Of a stretch of 64,000 nucleotides of DNA, positions 53,632-62,380 are shown one piece after another. A program made the translations under genes and the position numbers. The first letter of the stretch is position 1, and each line of letters begins with the position of its first letter. The notes below the pieces were generated by a model. The model did not search any database. It was not told the DNA's origin and saw only the letters and a program-made list of their open reading frames with translations. Source of the stretch: Candidatus Doudnabacteria bacterium (GTDB lineage Bacteria; Patescibacteriota; Doudnabacteria; UBA920); assembly GCA_023245895.1 (NCBI GenBank), contig JAHFJJ010000003.1, forward strand, positions 11,343 to 75,342, written 5' to 3'.

Positions 53632-54978
53632 TTAAGGCAGTACAAGTACGGAGCGTCGTCGGAAGAAGAATGTAGTAATTGCTCCGAGAATCAGGACAAG
53701 CGCAATCCAGTATAAGGGAACATAAAAATTAATTAGCTCCCAAATATTAATCCAATTAAGCGTTATAGTCCCGTGGACAGTGGCGACTGTATCAAGCAGG
53801 TCGCCGTTTTGCTGGTTAGCGGCTTGTAAATTATTTTGCGCGTTTTGGATGTAGGAATCCGCGGAAGCCATTTGTTTGGCGAAATTATCATTTTCCTGGG
53901 CCAAATTGTTTTGCAAGCTTTGAATTGCGTTTTGTAGGACTTGTTTTTGGGCTTGAATGTCCAGGTATTGTTGGAGGTTGTCAGCTCTTTGGTTTTGGAG
54001 CGCCGTAAGCTGGGCAGAGTATGAGTTTATTTGCGAACGGATTGAGCCGGCAACCAGGTTGTGGTTTTTTGTCAGCCTTGCCTTTTCGGCGTTGAGTTGG
54101 CTAAGCTCGTCACCGGCTGTTTTTTGGTCGGCTTCAATGTTCTTTTTTTGCGGCAGAAGATTTTCTGTTTGTATGCTTTCTTTATAAAAGCGTTCTCCCG
54201 CCAAATTTTTAATTTGCTGGCTAAAGGCGCTGAACTTATCCGCCGGCACAACAAAGCTTATGTAGCCAAGTTTGTTTGAACTGCTGCTTAAGTCAACCCT
54301 GCCGCCAAAGCCGCGAATGGCTGTTTGTATGCTGTTGGATAAATCTTGCACTTTGCGGGTAAGTACACTCGCAGAGTAGCTGGTTTTTAAAAACTCGCGG
54401 TTATCCGTGCTGGGCACTTCGGACTGGGGCGGGTAAGGTATTTGGGGGCTCCTAAATCGGTCCGCGACTTCGGGGTTGTAGGGAGGCACTGGAATTGGTT
54501 TGGCCTGTATGGAAGGCTTGTTCGGTATTTTTAATTCTGACTGAGAGGGAGTAGGCGGCATGACGCCTGAAATCAAGGGCGTTCCCGGGGTGTTAGGTAT
54601 TTGCGAGGTATTGGGCTCGTATGGCTGAGGCTGGATCATGTTGGCGAGCGGGTTTGGTGAAGCATCAACAGCCGTTCCCTGCTTGGCAACAGGAACAGTA
54701 TTTTCTTGTGAGCCGTCGCTTTGGGAAGTAGACGGAGCTGCCTTATAAGTCCCAAAGTTTGGCTTGCCCGGCGCCATGAAAAAAATAAAAGCAGCCGTGC
54801 CGGCCAGCAATAATGAAAGCCAAGGAGTTCGCAAACTTTTTTTCTTATGCGTTCCCAAGCTTTGATTTATGGAGAAGTTGGCCAAAATTTTATTTTTTAG
54901 TTCAAGATTGCTTTGCGGAATTTGATGCTGGGATTTCCCCCACTCGACAAGCAAGTCTTGGATTGTGTAAGTTTTCAT
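53632..54978 (-). CDS. Putative anti-sigma factor / DUF4349-type membrane protein
   Basis: Immediately downstream of an ECF sigma gene. N-terminal cytoplasmic segment, TM helix, Pro/Gln-rich linker, C-terminal coiled region, terminal TM helix. Confidence 0.45.
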   Translation of the reverse strand: MKTYTIQDLLVEWGKSQHQIPQSNLELKNKILANFSINQSLGTHKKKSLRTPWLSLLLAGTAAFIFFMAPGKPNFGTYKAAPSTSQSDGSQENTVPVAKQGTAVDASPNPLANMIQPQPYEPNTSQIPNTPGTPLISGVMPPTPSQSELKIPNKPSIQAKPIPVPPYNPEVADRFRSPQIPYPPQSEVPSTDNREFLKTSYSASVLTRKVQDLSNSIQTAIRGFGGRVDLSSSSNKLGYISFVVPADKFSAFSQQIKNLAGERFYKESIQTENLLPQKKNIEADQKTAGDELSQLNAEKARLTKNHNLVAGSIRSQINSYSAQLTALQNQRADNLQQYLDIQAQKQVLQNAIQSLQNNLAQENDNFAKQMASADSYIQNAQNNLQAANQQNGDLLDTVATVHGTITLNWINIWELINFYVPLYWIALVLILGAITTFFFRRRSVLVLP

Positions 54979-54982
54979 AGAT

Positions 54983-55504
54983 TTAAGGTTTTAAGGCAGC
55001 TTGGGCGCGCGCTAAAGCCCTGTGCAGGCGGACGCGGACGGCTACAAAATTAATATTTAAAATTTTGGCAATCTGGTTGTGCGGCAAATCGGCAATGTAG
55101 CGCAGTCTTAACAGTTCGCGGTCTTCGTTGGAAAGTTTTTCAAGCGCCTGCTCAACCAATATGGTATTTTCGGTTTCGTTAGTATTTTTTGCCGGCGCGT
55201 CGTGCAGGCTCGGGTCAAAAGGCACTTCGCGCTCGCCTTTGCGCCAGTGTTGCCGGCATTCATTTCTGGCTATGGCAAAAAGCCAGGCGCTTACCGGTAT
55301 GCCGCGCGGTTTATAGCCGGGTAAAGCTTCAATAGCTTTAACCCAGGTTGCCTGAAGCAAGTCTTCGGCCAGCGCTTTATCGCGCGTAGTATTAATAAGA
55401 TAGCCAAAAAGCTTTGGCGTAATATTATCCCATAACAGGCCCAAAGCTTCCCGGTCGCCGCTTTGCGCCTTTTTTACAAGTATTCGTTCTTGTTCTGGAT
55501 TCAT
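54983..55504 (-). CDS. RNA polymerase ECF-type sigma-70 family factor
   Basis: Region 2 and region 4 motifs (DLLQATWVKA, LRYIADLPHNQIAKILNI). Confidence 0.75.
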   Translation of the reverse strand: MNPEQERILVKKAQSGDREALGLLWDNITPKLFGYLINTTRDKALAEDLLQATWVKAIEALPGYKPRGIPVSAWLFAIARNECRQHWRKGEREVPFDPSLHDAPAKNTNETENTILVEQALEKLSNEDRELLRLRYIADLPHNQIAKILNINFVAVRVRLHRALARAQAALKP

Positions 55505-55595
55505 ATATGAATTTTGTAATATCGATTATTACATAAGGATAATACACCAACAGCCCGAAATGTTACAGAGTTTAAAAAAAGCCCGGTTGGGCTTT

Positions 55596-56288
55596 TTAGG
55601 TTTTTTGATAGGCTAAAATTAAGTATTTGGGGACTTTCTTTTTTAGCCTACTTCCATATTGCTTTAAAAATTTGGGATTATAGTCTAAGTGGCTTTCAAG
55701 CCTTTTTTTAAAGCCTAAATTCTTAAATATTTTGTCGTAAGCTTTGGCGTCTCTAATGTAAATCGGCACTTGTTGTCCGCTCCCGCCGGCGCGGAAGTTC
55801 TTTTTTATATTTCTTACCTTTAGAATTTTAGGGTCATGGACGGCAAAAATTATCTGGCCGTTTTTTTCCATGCTTTGTGAGAGAGTTTTAAAGCAATTTT
55901 TTACATTTGGCACAAACTGGAAAACCATAATTCCGCAAATCAAGTCGAACTTTCCTTTTAAGCGGATGTCTGATAAAACTTTTTTTTCGTCGCCAACAAA
56001 AAATTGGACCTTTTTGCCTAAATGATGTTTGGCAACTTTTATCATTTTGGCCGAAACATCTACTCCCGCCGCCTCAAAGCCCATTTTAATAAGTTGCCCG
56101 CAAAACATTCCGGTGCCGCAACCGTATTCCAGGGCACGGGCGCCTTTTGTATTTTTAATGTGCTTTTTTATGTATTGTAAAAACACCGGCCAAACCGTGA
56201 GCACGTTGTCCATGGCTCCGGCATAGGCTTTCTTTTTGTAAGTATTAAATTTAGCGCTTACTTCGTCCCAGGCTTTTGCTGAGTCCAT
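55596..56288 (-). CDS. Class I SAM-dependent methyltransferase
   Basis: Motif I LEYGCGTGMF, motif post-I VDVS. Confidence 0.7.
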   Translation of the reverse strand: MDSAKAWDEVSAKFNTYKKKAYAGAMDNVLTVWPVFLQYIKKHIKNTKGARALEYGCGTGMFCGQLIKMGFEAAGVDVSAKMIKVAKHHLGKKVQFFVGDEKKVLSDIRLKGKFDLICGIMVFQFVPNVKNCFKTLSQSMEKNGQIIFAVHDPKILKVRNIKKNFRAGGSGQQVPIYIRDAKAYDKIFKNLGFKKRLESHLDYNPKFLKQYGSRLKKKVPKYLILAYQKT

Positions 56289-56526
56289 TGCTTTTAATCA
56301 GGCTAAGTTTTTGTAATCTTGATAATTTTTTTACCGCCGCTTCCCGGCTCAATGTTTTGCCCCAAGACCTAAACGGTTCAGAGTAAACTATTTTTCCGCC
56401 GCCCCTGCTCCTAACGTAGGCGGATCCTTTTCCCGAATTATGGACCAATTCCCGCGCTTTTAAATCTTTCGCGCTGCCGCAATAAAGTGTGCCGTCTTTG
56501 CATTTGAGGATATAGAAATAAAACAT
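56251..56526 (-). CDS. GIY-YIG nuclease family protein (YhbQ-like, stand-alone)
   Basis: FYFYILKCKDGTLYCGSAKDLKARELVHNSG is a GIY-YIG signature. Confidence 0.6.
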   Translation of the reverse strand: MFYFYILKCKDGTLYCGSAKDLKARELVHNSGKGSAYVRSRGGGKIVYSEPFRSWGKTLSREAAVKKLSRLQKLSLIKSNGLSKSLGRSKR

Positions 56527-56528
56527 GA

Positions 56529-56795
56529 TTAATATTTCAGAAATTCTTTAAGCATTTGTTTTAAAGTCACCTTACCTTTTGTTGTTTTGAAATACGCTTC
56601 TCTGCGTAAGGCGTCTTCCTTTGATCCAAAAGCCTCGTAGAATATCAGCTCGAGAGGCCTGCGATTTTTGGTTGATATATTTTTACCCTTATTATGGTCT
56701 ATAAATCGTTGTTTCAAATTATCAGAGTAGCCAATATAGAATAGCTTATCTTTAAGACTTCTGAGTATGTAAACGTAATGAAATTTTATAGTCAT
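56529..56795 (-). CDS. GIY-YIG nuclease family protein (second tandem copy)
   Basis: HYVYILRSLKDKLFYIGYSDNLKQRFIDHNKG. The ORF track extends to 56855 into the tRNA-adjacent element, so the MTIKF start at ~56795 is preferred. Confidence 0.55.
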   Translation of the reverse strand: MTIKFHYVYILRSLKDKLFYIGYSDNLKQRFIDHNKGKNISTKNRRPLELIFYEAFGSKEDALRREAYFKTTKGKVTLKQMLKEFLKY

Positions 56796-56810
56796 TTGAT
56801 TCTTTGTGTC

Positions 56811-56918
56811 CAGCCCTGTACCAGTCGTCTGACTCCGGTACGGGGCATGAACCATTCACCCCACTTTCCATTAGCACGCTGGTGGCGTGCCATGAACCTG
56901 AACGGAGTGAATGGTTCA
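56811..56918 (-). repeat. tRNA-3'-adjacent structured element, copy 2 (3' of tRNA-Ala CGC)
   Basis: On the tRNA strand it begins tgaaccattcac immediately after CCA. Outer stem tgaaccattcac/gtgaatggttca. Shares motifs with 30767-30980. Confidence 0.6.
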
Positions 56919-56992
56919 TGGTGGACCTGGGGGGAATCGAACCCCCGCCTCGGCAATGCGAATGCCGCGTAATACCACTTTACTACAGGCCC
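56919..56992 (-). tRNA. tRNA-Ala (anticodon CGC), G3:U70 identity pair, encoded CCA
   Basis: Acceptor gggcctg/caggtcc with G3-U70, anticodon loop ttCGCat, T-arm ggggg-ttcgatt-ccccc. Confidence 0.8.
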
Positions 56993-57045
56993 AAACTTTA
57001 TAAATTTTACATTAAATAAGAATAAAGATAAAGGATAAAAACTTT

Positions 57046-57075
57046 ACTAGCATAGTGCGCGGCCGCGCACTATGC
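57046..57075. promoter_or_regulatory. 30-bp perfect palindrome tagcatagtgcgcggccgcgcactatgcta at the 3' end of the PaaX-like gene
   Basis: Perfect dyad containing gcggccgc. A related imperfect palindrome at 57616-57650 lies upstream of the same gene. Confidence 0.55.
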
Positions 57076-57606
57076 TAGTTGAAATTTTCGTTTTAAATCG
57101 GTATCGTCATCTAACTCATCTATTCTTGCTAAGTGTATAAACTCAATTAAACCGGTTTCTTTTAAGTACTCAACAGCCGCCCGGTTTAACGGATAGGGGC
57201 TGATAAAAACACTGGCCTGCCACTTAATAAAGTTATTTTCTTTTAGGAGCCTTCTGAGCTTGTCTCGTTTATCTTTGGCTTCTTCGGGGATATCAAATGC
57301 CGCCAACCTCCATTTATTGTCCCACTTACCTTTTTCCTTTCTCGACAAGTGCGCTTTTAAAAACAAGGTTTCCATCTCGCCTTTTTTAGTGAGTTCAATA
57401 AAATGCCTCCCGTGCTTACTAATTTTTTTTATTAACCCCCGGGCCTTCAGGTTGTGTAAGGTATCATAAATTTTTTTGCTCTTGTAATTTTTTAACTGCT
57501 CGCGCCTCCAAGAGTCAGAATACTCCAAAGGCCAGGTGAAAAACCCCGTAGCGTCGCCTATGGCACTTAGCAATACAGATGAAAATGTCCCGTACTTTTT
57601 TGACAT
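57070..57606 (-). CDS. PaaX-like transcriptional regulator (wHTH + Cas2-like fold domain) - putative
   Basis: WRLAAFDIPEEAKDKRDKLRRLLKENNFIKWQASVFI resembles the Cas2-like middle domain of PaaX-family proteins. Confidence 0.4.
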   Translation of the reverse strand: MSKKYGTFSSVLLSAIGDATGFFTWPLEYSDSWRREQLKNYKSKKIYDTLHNLKARGLIKKISKHGRHFIELTKKGEMETLFLKAHLSRKEKGKWDNKWRLAAFDIPEEAKDKRDKLRRLLKENNFIKWQASVFISPYPLNRAAVEYLKETGLIEFIHLARIDELDDDTDLKRKFQLA

Positions 57607-57797
57607 AAAATTTAATACTAGTATAACACGCGGCCGCGTATAATACTAGTAAGGTGGAGACTTTGTAAAAGGTTGTTTAACCGATATTTTATATTTTGGA
57701 TAACGGTGTTTGTTTTTATATATAAATTAAAGCACGCAAATTCCGGATGGAACTTGCGTGCTAGTATGTTCAGGCTGTTGCCTGAACGGGATTAAAA

Positions 57798-58355
57798 CTA
57801 CAAGCCAGGATCTTTTTCTTTGGGCGAGTCTGCCCCTCGGATTATAATTTTTATCCTGGGGAGGTCTGTCTGTTCAGTCTCCAGCGCTGACCCTGAGAGT
57901 AATACCATTAAGCCGGAGTCGATTCCGATTAGGCCCGTGGAGTTTTTTGGGACCACCAGAGCCCCGACAGGACAGGAGTTAGGAGCTGGGACGGACAGTA
58001 CGCTCACCAAAGATTTTGAGTTGTCGTAAGCCTGCCCTACCCACCTTACCTGAGTGCTTGCCCGAAGCGAACAGGTGTCCCGAGGACCCATGCCCGGCCC
58101 CAGCGGTTCAAGGTTTTGGATTTCGGCTTGCGCGGTGGTCAAAACTAAAAATTTTACTCCGCGGCCTACTACCCTTCCGCCCTCTCCTTTAACCCCGAAG
58201 TACGCGCTCCAGTCATCAGGGCCGACTGTCGAGCAGAAGATTTTTTCTCCCGGCAACTGAAACCAGAGGCATTTTCCGGGAAAATAAGGGCTTAGCGCCC
58301 ACATCCCGACTAAAAAGAACGACACACTTAGTACCAAAGTTTTTTTTCCTGACAT
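57798..58355 (-). CDS. Hypothetical secreted/membrane-anchored protein (GC-rich)
   Basis: Hydrophobic N-terminus (MSGKKTLVLSVSFFLVGMWA). Composition unlike neighbouring low-GC genes. Confidence 0.35.
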   Translation of the reverse strand: MSGKKTLVLSVSFFLVGMWALSPYFPGKCLWFQLPGEKIFCSTVGPDDWSAYFGVKGEGGRVVGRGVKFLVLTTAQAEIQNLEPLGPGMGPRDTCSLRASTQVRWVGQAYDNSKSLVSVLSVPAPNSCPVGALVVPKNSTGLIGIDSGLMVLLSGSALETEQTDLPRIKIIIRGADSPKEKDPGL

Positions 58356-58571
58356 TGAGTTTTCCTCCACTATAAGTTTTTGGGCCGAGCAACCCACTAT
58401 CTCTGTCTAAACTCTCTCGATACTAAATACAAAAATATAAAATTATATTTAGGCATGAAGTGTTTAGCTAAATATTATGGCATTTTATTAATTAATTGTC
58501 AATAGTAGCTGTATAAAAAAGCGCGCGAGCCCCGGGTGGAACTCGCGCTTTGGTTTATTCAACCAATAATC

Positions 58572-59333
58572 CTATTGCGCGAACGAAAAGTTCACCGTGA
58601 TTGTGGTGATAACTTCAATTGGCTGGCCGTTCAGCATTTGGGGCTTGTAACGCCATTGTTTGACGGCTGAGATGGCCGCATCGTTCAGCAAGGGATGTCC
58701 GTGCAGAACTTTGAGGTTCTCAATCATCCCCTCTTTGTTGATTGTCGCTTGCAACATCACGTAATCCTGTACGCGTGCTGCTTTTGCCAAAGCCGGGTAG
58801 ACAGGTTTGACCTGGTCAATCAAGTTAGCCTGCGCGACATCTCCGCCAATTCTTTGGACTTGTGCCGGAGGGGGTGGAGGGGGTGGGGCAACCGGCGGAG
58901 GGGGCGGAGGCGGAGGTGCTGCTTGTTTGGTTGGTCCAAACAAGTCGCCTAAGAGTATTCCGGGGCCTCCCGGAGTTCCGTTCGGTACTCCCCCAACTAT
59001 ACCGGGTCCCGTAGGTGAGTCACCGATTGTGGGGAGGTCGTTTGCTACGATTATCTTTGGAATTTCTGTGGGCGTTGTGAGCCCGCCCGGATTGGTTGGT
59101 GTTGGTTTAGGTCTGGCGCTTCCGGGGACCGGTACGGTTTTAATTACCGCCGGGCCCGGAGGAGGAAGGGGCAGTTTCAGTTCGCTCGCCTGGAGAACTT
59201 GAGTTGTCATGTCGTCGTAAAATACGAGCGGCAGAACAATCAGCCCCAGGGCAAGGGCGAGATGGACCAATGCCGACAGGCCTGTTGATTTCCAGTCCCG
59301 CGGTTTATTGCCTAACAAACTATCTTCGAACAT
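58572..59333 (-). CDS. TonB-family protein (N-terminal TM anchor, Pro-rich spacer, TonB C-terminal domain)
   Basis: PPPPPPPVAPPPPPPP spacer. C-terminal ...YPALAKAARVQDYVMLQATINKEGMIENLKVLHGHPLLNDAAISAVKQWRYKP matches the TonB_C fold. Confidence 0.65.
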   Translation of the reverse strand: MFEDSLLGNKPRDWKSTGLSALVHLALALGLIVLPLVFYDDMTTQVLQASELKLPLPPPGPAVIKTVPVPGSARPKPTPTNPGGLTTPTEIPKIIVANDLPTIGDSPTGPGIVGGVPNGTPGGPGILLGDLFGPTKQAAPPPPPPPPVAPPPPPPPAQVQRIGGDVAQANLIDQVKPVYPALAKAARVQDYVMLQATINKEGMIENLKVLHGHPLLNDAAISAVKQWRYKPQMLNGQPIEVITTITVNFSFAQ

Positions 59334-59529
59334 ACATGTAGCCTCCTATTGACTAGATGCAGGTTAGATTTGCATGGTACTTTGCCCTAAGTAGTAGGGT
59401 GACCATTGCTCTACTCCCACGACCTACCTTGTTAAGGGGCTACTTTAATTGTATACCCGGCCTATAATCAGTCAAACAAGTTATACACCATTACTGGACG
59501 GCAAGACCTATAAAGTTTATGATAATTTT

Positions 59530-60000
59530 ATGTTTAAGATTCGTATTATCGCTTTAGGAAAGTTTAAGGAGAAAGCGTATTTGGAATTGGAGCAGGAATA
59601 TTTAAAAAGGATGAAGCCCTATGCCAAAATTAAGATAGTAGAACTGTTGGAAGTCCCCTATTTTAAAGGCACTGATGTAGATAAAACTAAAGAAAAAGAA
59701 GCGGAAAAAATAATTAAACAATTGCCGGAAGACGGAATTGTAATTTTATTGGAAGAAAAAGGCACAGTAAGAAGTTCTCATCAGTTTGCGGAATTTTTGC
59801 AAAGGACAGGCGGCTTAGGCAAGGAATTAGTTTTTGTAATTGGCAGCGGCATTGGCCTGCATGCTTCTTTAAAAAGATATTCCAACTATTCTATTTCCCT
59901 CTCCCCTCTTACATTTCCGCACAACATGGCGCGCGTCATTCTTGAGGAGCAGTTGTATCGTGCGTGTACGATTTTAGCAGCTAAGGAGTATCACAAGTAA
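59530..60000 (+). CDS. rlmH: 23S rRNA (pseudouridine1915-N3)-methyltransferase RlmH
   Basis: SPOUT-class RlmH pattern (FKIRIIALGK...LVFVIGSGIGL). ATG at 59530 preferred over the ORF-track start at 59449. Confidence 0.7.
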   Translation: MFKIRIIALGKFKEKAYLELEQEYLKRMKPYAKIKIVELLEVPYFKGTDVDKTKEKEAEKIIKQLPEDGIVILLEEKGTVRSSHQFAEFLQRTGGLGKELVFVIGSGIGLHASLKRYSNYSISLSPLTFPHNMARVILEEQLYRACTILAAKEYHK

Positions 60001-60006
60001 AAAATA

Positions 60007-60112
60007 TGTCATTGCGAGGAGTCCCGCCCTTTTTGCATCAAAAGGACGGGACGACGAAGCAATCTCAAATTTATAGATTGCTTCGCTCGGATGCACTCGC
60101 TCGGAATGACAC
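60007..60112. repeat. Family B MITE-like element (TIRs tgtcattgcgag / ctcggaatgacaca with internal cgaagcaatct hairpin) in the rlmH / ligase-gene convergent spacer
   Basis: Read directly. Related to 32965-33060. Confidence 0.75.
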
Positions 60113-60117
60113 AAATA

Positions 60118-61476
60118 CTAATCCCCGCCTTGGGGATTTTTTGTTTCAGCGGCGATGATTCCTAAAATAACCCAAAGCAGCATTTGGGTTTGTTGGAGGG
60201 TGTAGAAGTAGTGGTCAAATTGCATTAGCACGAGGAAGGCGCAGAGGATGGTAGTAAATAGTAGGTAGTAGGTAGTAAGCTCAAAGCTAATCGGGGACTT
60301 TAATTTTTTTACCAGACCCCAAAGGTGAGAAAGGAAAATGGAGATTAAGATTAACGCGCCGGGGATGCCTAGTTCGGCGGCGGCAAGCAGGAAATAGTTG
60401 TGAATAGGCTGGATTTGCCATGGCCAAAGCCTTAAATAGCTAAATTGTTGCATGTGAAGCACGCTCTCCCCTATCCCAATGCCAAAGACTGGGTTTTCTT
60501 TTATCATTTGTAGCCCTAATTTCGCGTAAAAGATTCTTTCTAGAGAGGCACTATCACTTATTGTCGCGCGCGTTGAAAGGTAGGGGTGGAAAAGGATGAA
60601 TGAAGCCAAGATGGCCATCGCTGTCATTGCGAGTGCAACCGAAGCAATCTTTTTTTGGTGTGAGATTGCTTCGTCGGATGCACTCCTCGCAATGACAAGG
60701 GTATAGTAGAAAAACATGACTAGTCCTATCGCTAATGCTAAATAAGCCGCCCTTGAAAAGGTAACAGTTAGGCCAAGGGTGTTAATTAATATAGCCAGGT
60801 TGTATAAAAGTTTATTTTTAGAGTTTATTAAAAGGTAAATTGAAAAGAATACGCCAACTACCAAAAATGCAGATAGCAAGTTAGGGTGAGGAAAAGTTCC
60901 GTACCCTCTAATGTAAGCTGTTCCATCCGAAACAATCTTTGCTATACCCTGTAGATGTGGGGAAAGCACTTGCTCCCCTATCTTGCCCAAACCTAAGGAT
61001 TTTTGATTAAAAAACTGCCAAAGTGCCAAAATTGACTCAAAAGTCGCAAAAAAGACAAAACTCTTCAAAAATAAGCCTTTTATAGTTGTTTTACTAAATA
61101 AGTAATAAGCTGTTCCATATGAAACAGCTAGTTCTAGGTATTTTAAGAGGAACCAGTAGTTAAGTGAGCTGTTTGTTCTTAGTTTAAAAATTATCCCTAA
61201 AATAAGCCAAATTAAAAATATCGGTAATCCGAGATTTGCTATTTTTAGGTCTTCTTGGCTCAGTTTACTACTTTTTAGAGGTAAAATGAATAAAGTAGTC
61301 AAAATTAAGAAAATATCGCTTAAATATAAGGAAATAGAGGTAAAATCCGAATAAGCCCCAGTTTGGAAGGCTTCCTTGGTAGGGAAGACATAGCGGATAG
61401 GGAAAAAAAGGCTTGCCAAAAAGAGCAGGAAGAAGATTTGGGCAATGTTCAGCTTGTTTATCTTTTTTTCAAACAT
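60118..61476 (-). CDS. O-antigen ligase (Wzy_C) family membrane protein, with a 75-bp in-frame repeat insertion
   Basis: TFSRAAYLALAIGL and HNYFLLAAAELGIPG motifs of the O-antigen ligase family. ~12 TM helices. Residues AIAVIASATEAIFFWCEIASSDALLAMT are encoded by the family B element at 60632-60706. Confidence 0.6.
   Translation of the reverse strand: MFEKKINKLNIAQIFFLLFLASLFFPIRYVFPTKEAFQTGAYSDFTSISLYLSDIFLILTTLFILPLKSSKLSQEDLKIANLGLPIFLIWLILGIIFKLRTNSSLNYWFLLKYLELAVSYGTAYYLFSKTTIKGLFLKSFVFFATFESILALWQFFNQKSLGLGKIGEQVLSPHLQGIAKIVSDGTAYIRGYGTFPHPNLLSAFLVVGVFFSIYLLINSKNKLLYNLAILINTLGLTVTFSRAAYLALAIGLVMFFYYTLVIARSASDEAISHQKKIASVALAMTAMAILASFILFHPYLSTRATISDSASLERIFYAKLGLQMIKENPVFGIGIGESVLHMQQFSYLRLWPWQIQPIHNYFLLAAAELGIPGALILISIFLSHLWGLVKKLKSPISFELTTYYLLFTTILCAFLVLMQFDHYFYTLQQTQMLLWVILGIIAAETKNPQGGD
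60632..60706. repeat. Family B MITE-like element inserted in frame inside the O-antigen-ligase-like CDS
   Basis: tgtcattgcgagtgcaaccgaagcaatct-ttttttggtgtg-agattgcttcgtcggatgcactcctcgcaatgaca, 75 bp = 25 codons, no stop codons. Confidence 0.75.
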
Positions 61477-61574
61477 CGAGGTGCTTATTTGACAAAATGA
61501 TTAAATTATCATTTAAATAATGAAAAACTACTTAACAGCGTCTTTATTTAGACGCAAGTTCAAAAACCCTTAGT

Positions 61575-61645
61575 GTGTCATCCCGGCCGAGTGCATCCGA
61601 GAGTCGGGATCCAGTATATAAGCCAAGTTCTGGATCCCGGATATT
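61575..61645. repeat. Family B-related repeat (gtgtcatcccggccgagtgcatccgagagtcgggatccag + ggatccag...ctggatcc hairpin)
   Basis: Shares the gtgtcat...gagtgcatccgagag core with 32965-33060. Confidence 0.6.
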
Positions 61646-61757
61646 TTTACAGCCCTAAAAATTCCGGGATGGCATAGGTTTTTGGACTCACGTTATTAAG
61701 TCTAACATAAGCTTGGCTTTTGTGTTATAATTTTCAGAGTTTCTTAAGCAAATTTTT

Positions 61758-61832
61758 GCCTTCGTAGCTCAATGGATAGAGCAAATCCGTCCTAAGGATG
61801 AGATGGGGGTTCGATTCCCTCCGAGGGCACCA
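61758..61832 (+). tRNA. tRNA-Arg (anticodon CCU), encoded CCA
   Basis: Acceptor gccttcg/cgagggc (one G-U), D-arm gctcaatggatagagc, anticodon loop gtCCTaa (one A-G mismatch at the stem base), T-arm ggggg-ttcgatt-ccctc. Confidence 0.7.
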
Positions 61833-61887
61833 GAGAATTTAAAGATTTTGCTATAATTAAATCAAACCAAGCTCTTAAGTTATATCT

Positions 61888-62376
61888 ATGAAAATAAAAA
61901 TCTTTGTTACCGGTGGTACTTTTGACAAGGAATACAATGAAATTTCGGCTGAATTAGTCTTTAAAGAAACTCACGTGCCGGAAATTTTGAATTTAGGCAG
62001 ATGTAAACTTTCGGTTGATATTAGGACGCTAATGATGATAGACAGTTTGAATATGACAGATGCTGACAGGGGAATTATTTTGGATAATTGCAAAAAAGTT
62101 GTTGAAGACAGAATTTTAATTACACACGGGACAGACACTATGGTGGATACGGCTAAGGTTCTCGGGGGGGGCGTTAAGGGTAAAACCATAGTTTTGACAA
62201 GAGCTATGGTTCCTTATAAATTTGGAAGCTCTGACGGTTTGTTTAATATGGGCGCGGCTTTGGCCTTTGTCCAAACTTTGCCTACCGGCGTTTACATAGC
62301 AATGAACGGCAAATTTTTTACGGCAGATAATGTAAAGAAAAATAAAAAAATAGGGGAGTTTGAAGCCTTAAAATAA
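61888..62376 (+). CDS. Asparaginase N-terminal-domain-like protein (short, 162 aa)
   Basis: VTGGTF and ITHGTDTM motifs of the L-asparaginase / GatD N-domain. Lacks the C-terminal domain. Confidence 0.5.
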   Translation: MKIKIFVTGGTFDKEYNEISAELVFKETHVPEILNLGRCKLSVDIRTLMMIDSLNMTDADRGIILDNCKKVVEDRILITHGTDTMVDTAKVLGGGVKGKTIVLTRAMVPYKFGSSDGLFNMGAALAFVQTLPTGVYIAMNGKFFTADNVKKNKKIGEFEALK

Positions 62377-62380
62377 AAAT

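Noticed and set aside
58807-59202. Gly-rich 131-aa ORF and apparent G/C repeat tracts
   Set aside because: This is the antisense of the poly-proline spacer of the TonB-like gene. The repeats are the PPPPPPP codons, not a CRISPR array or satellite.
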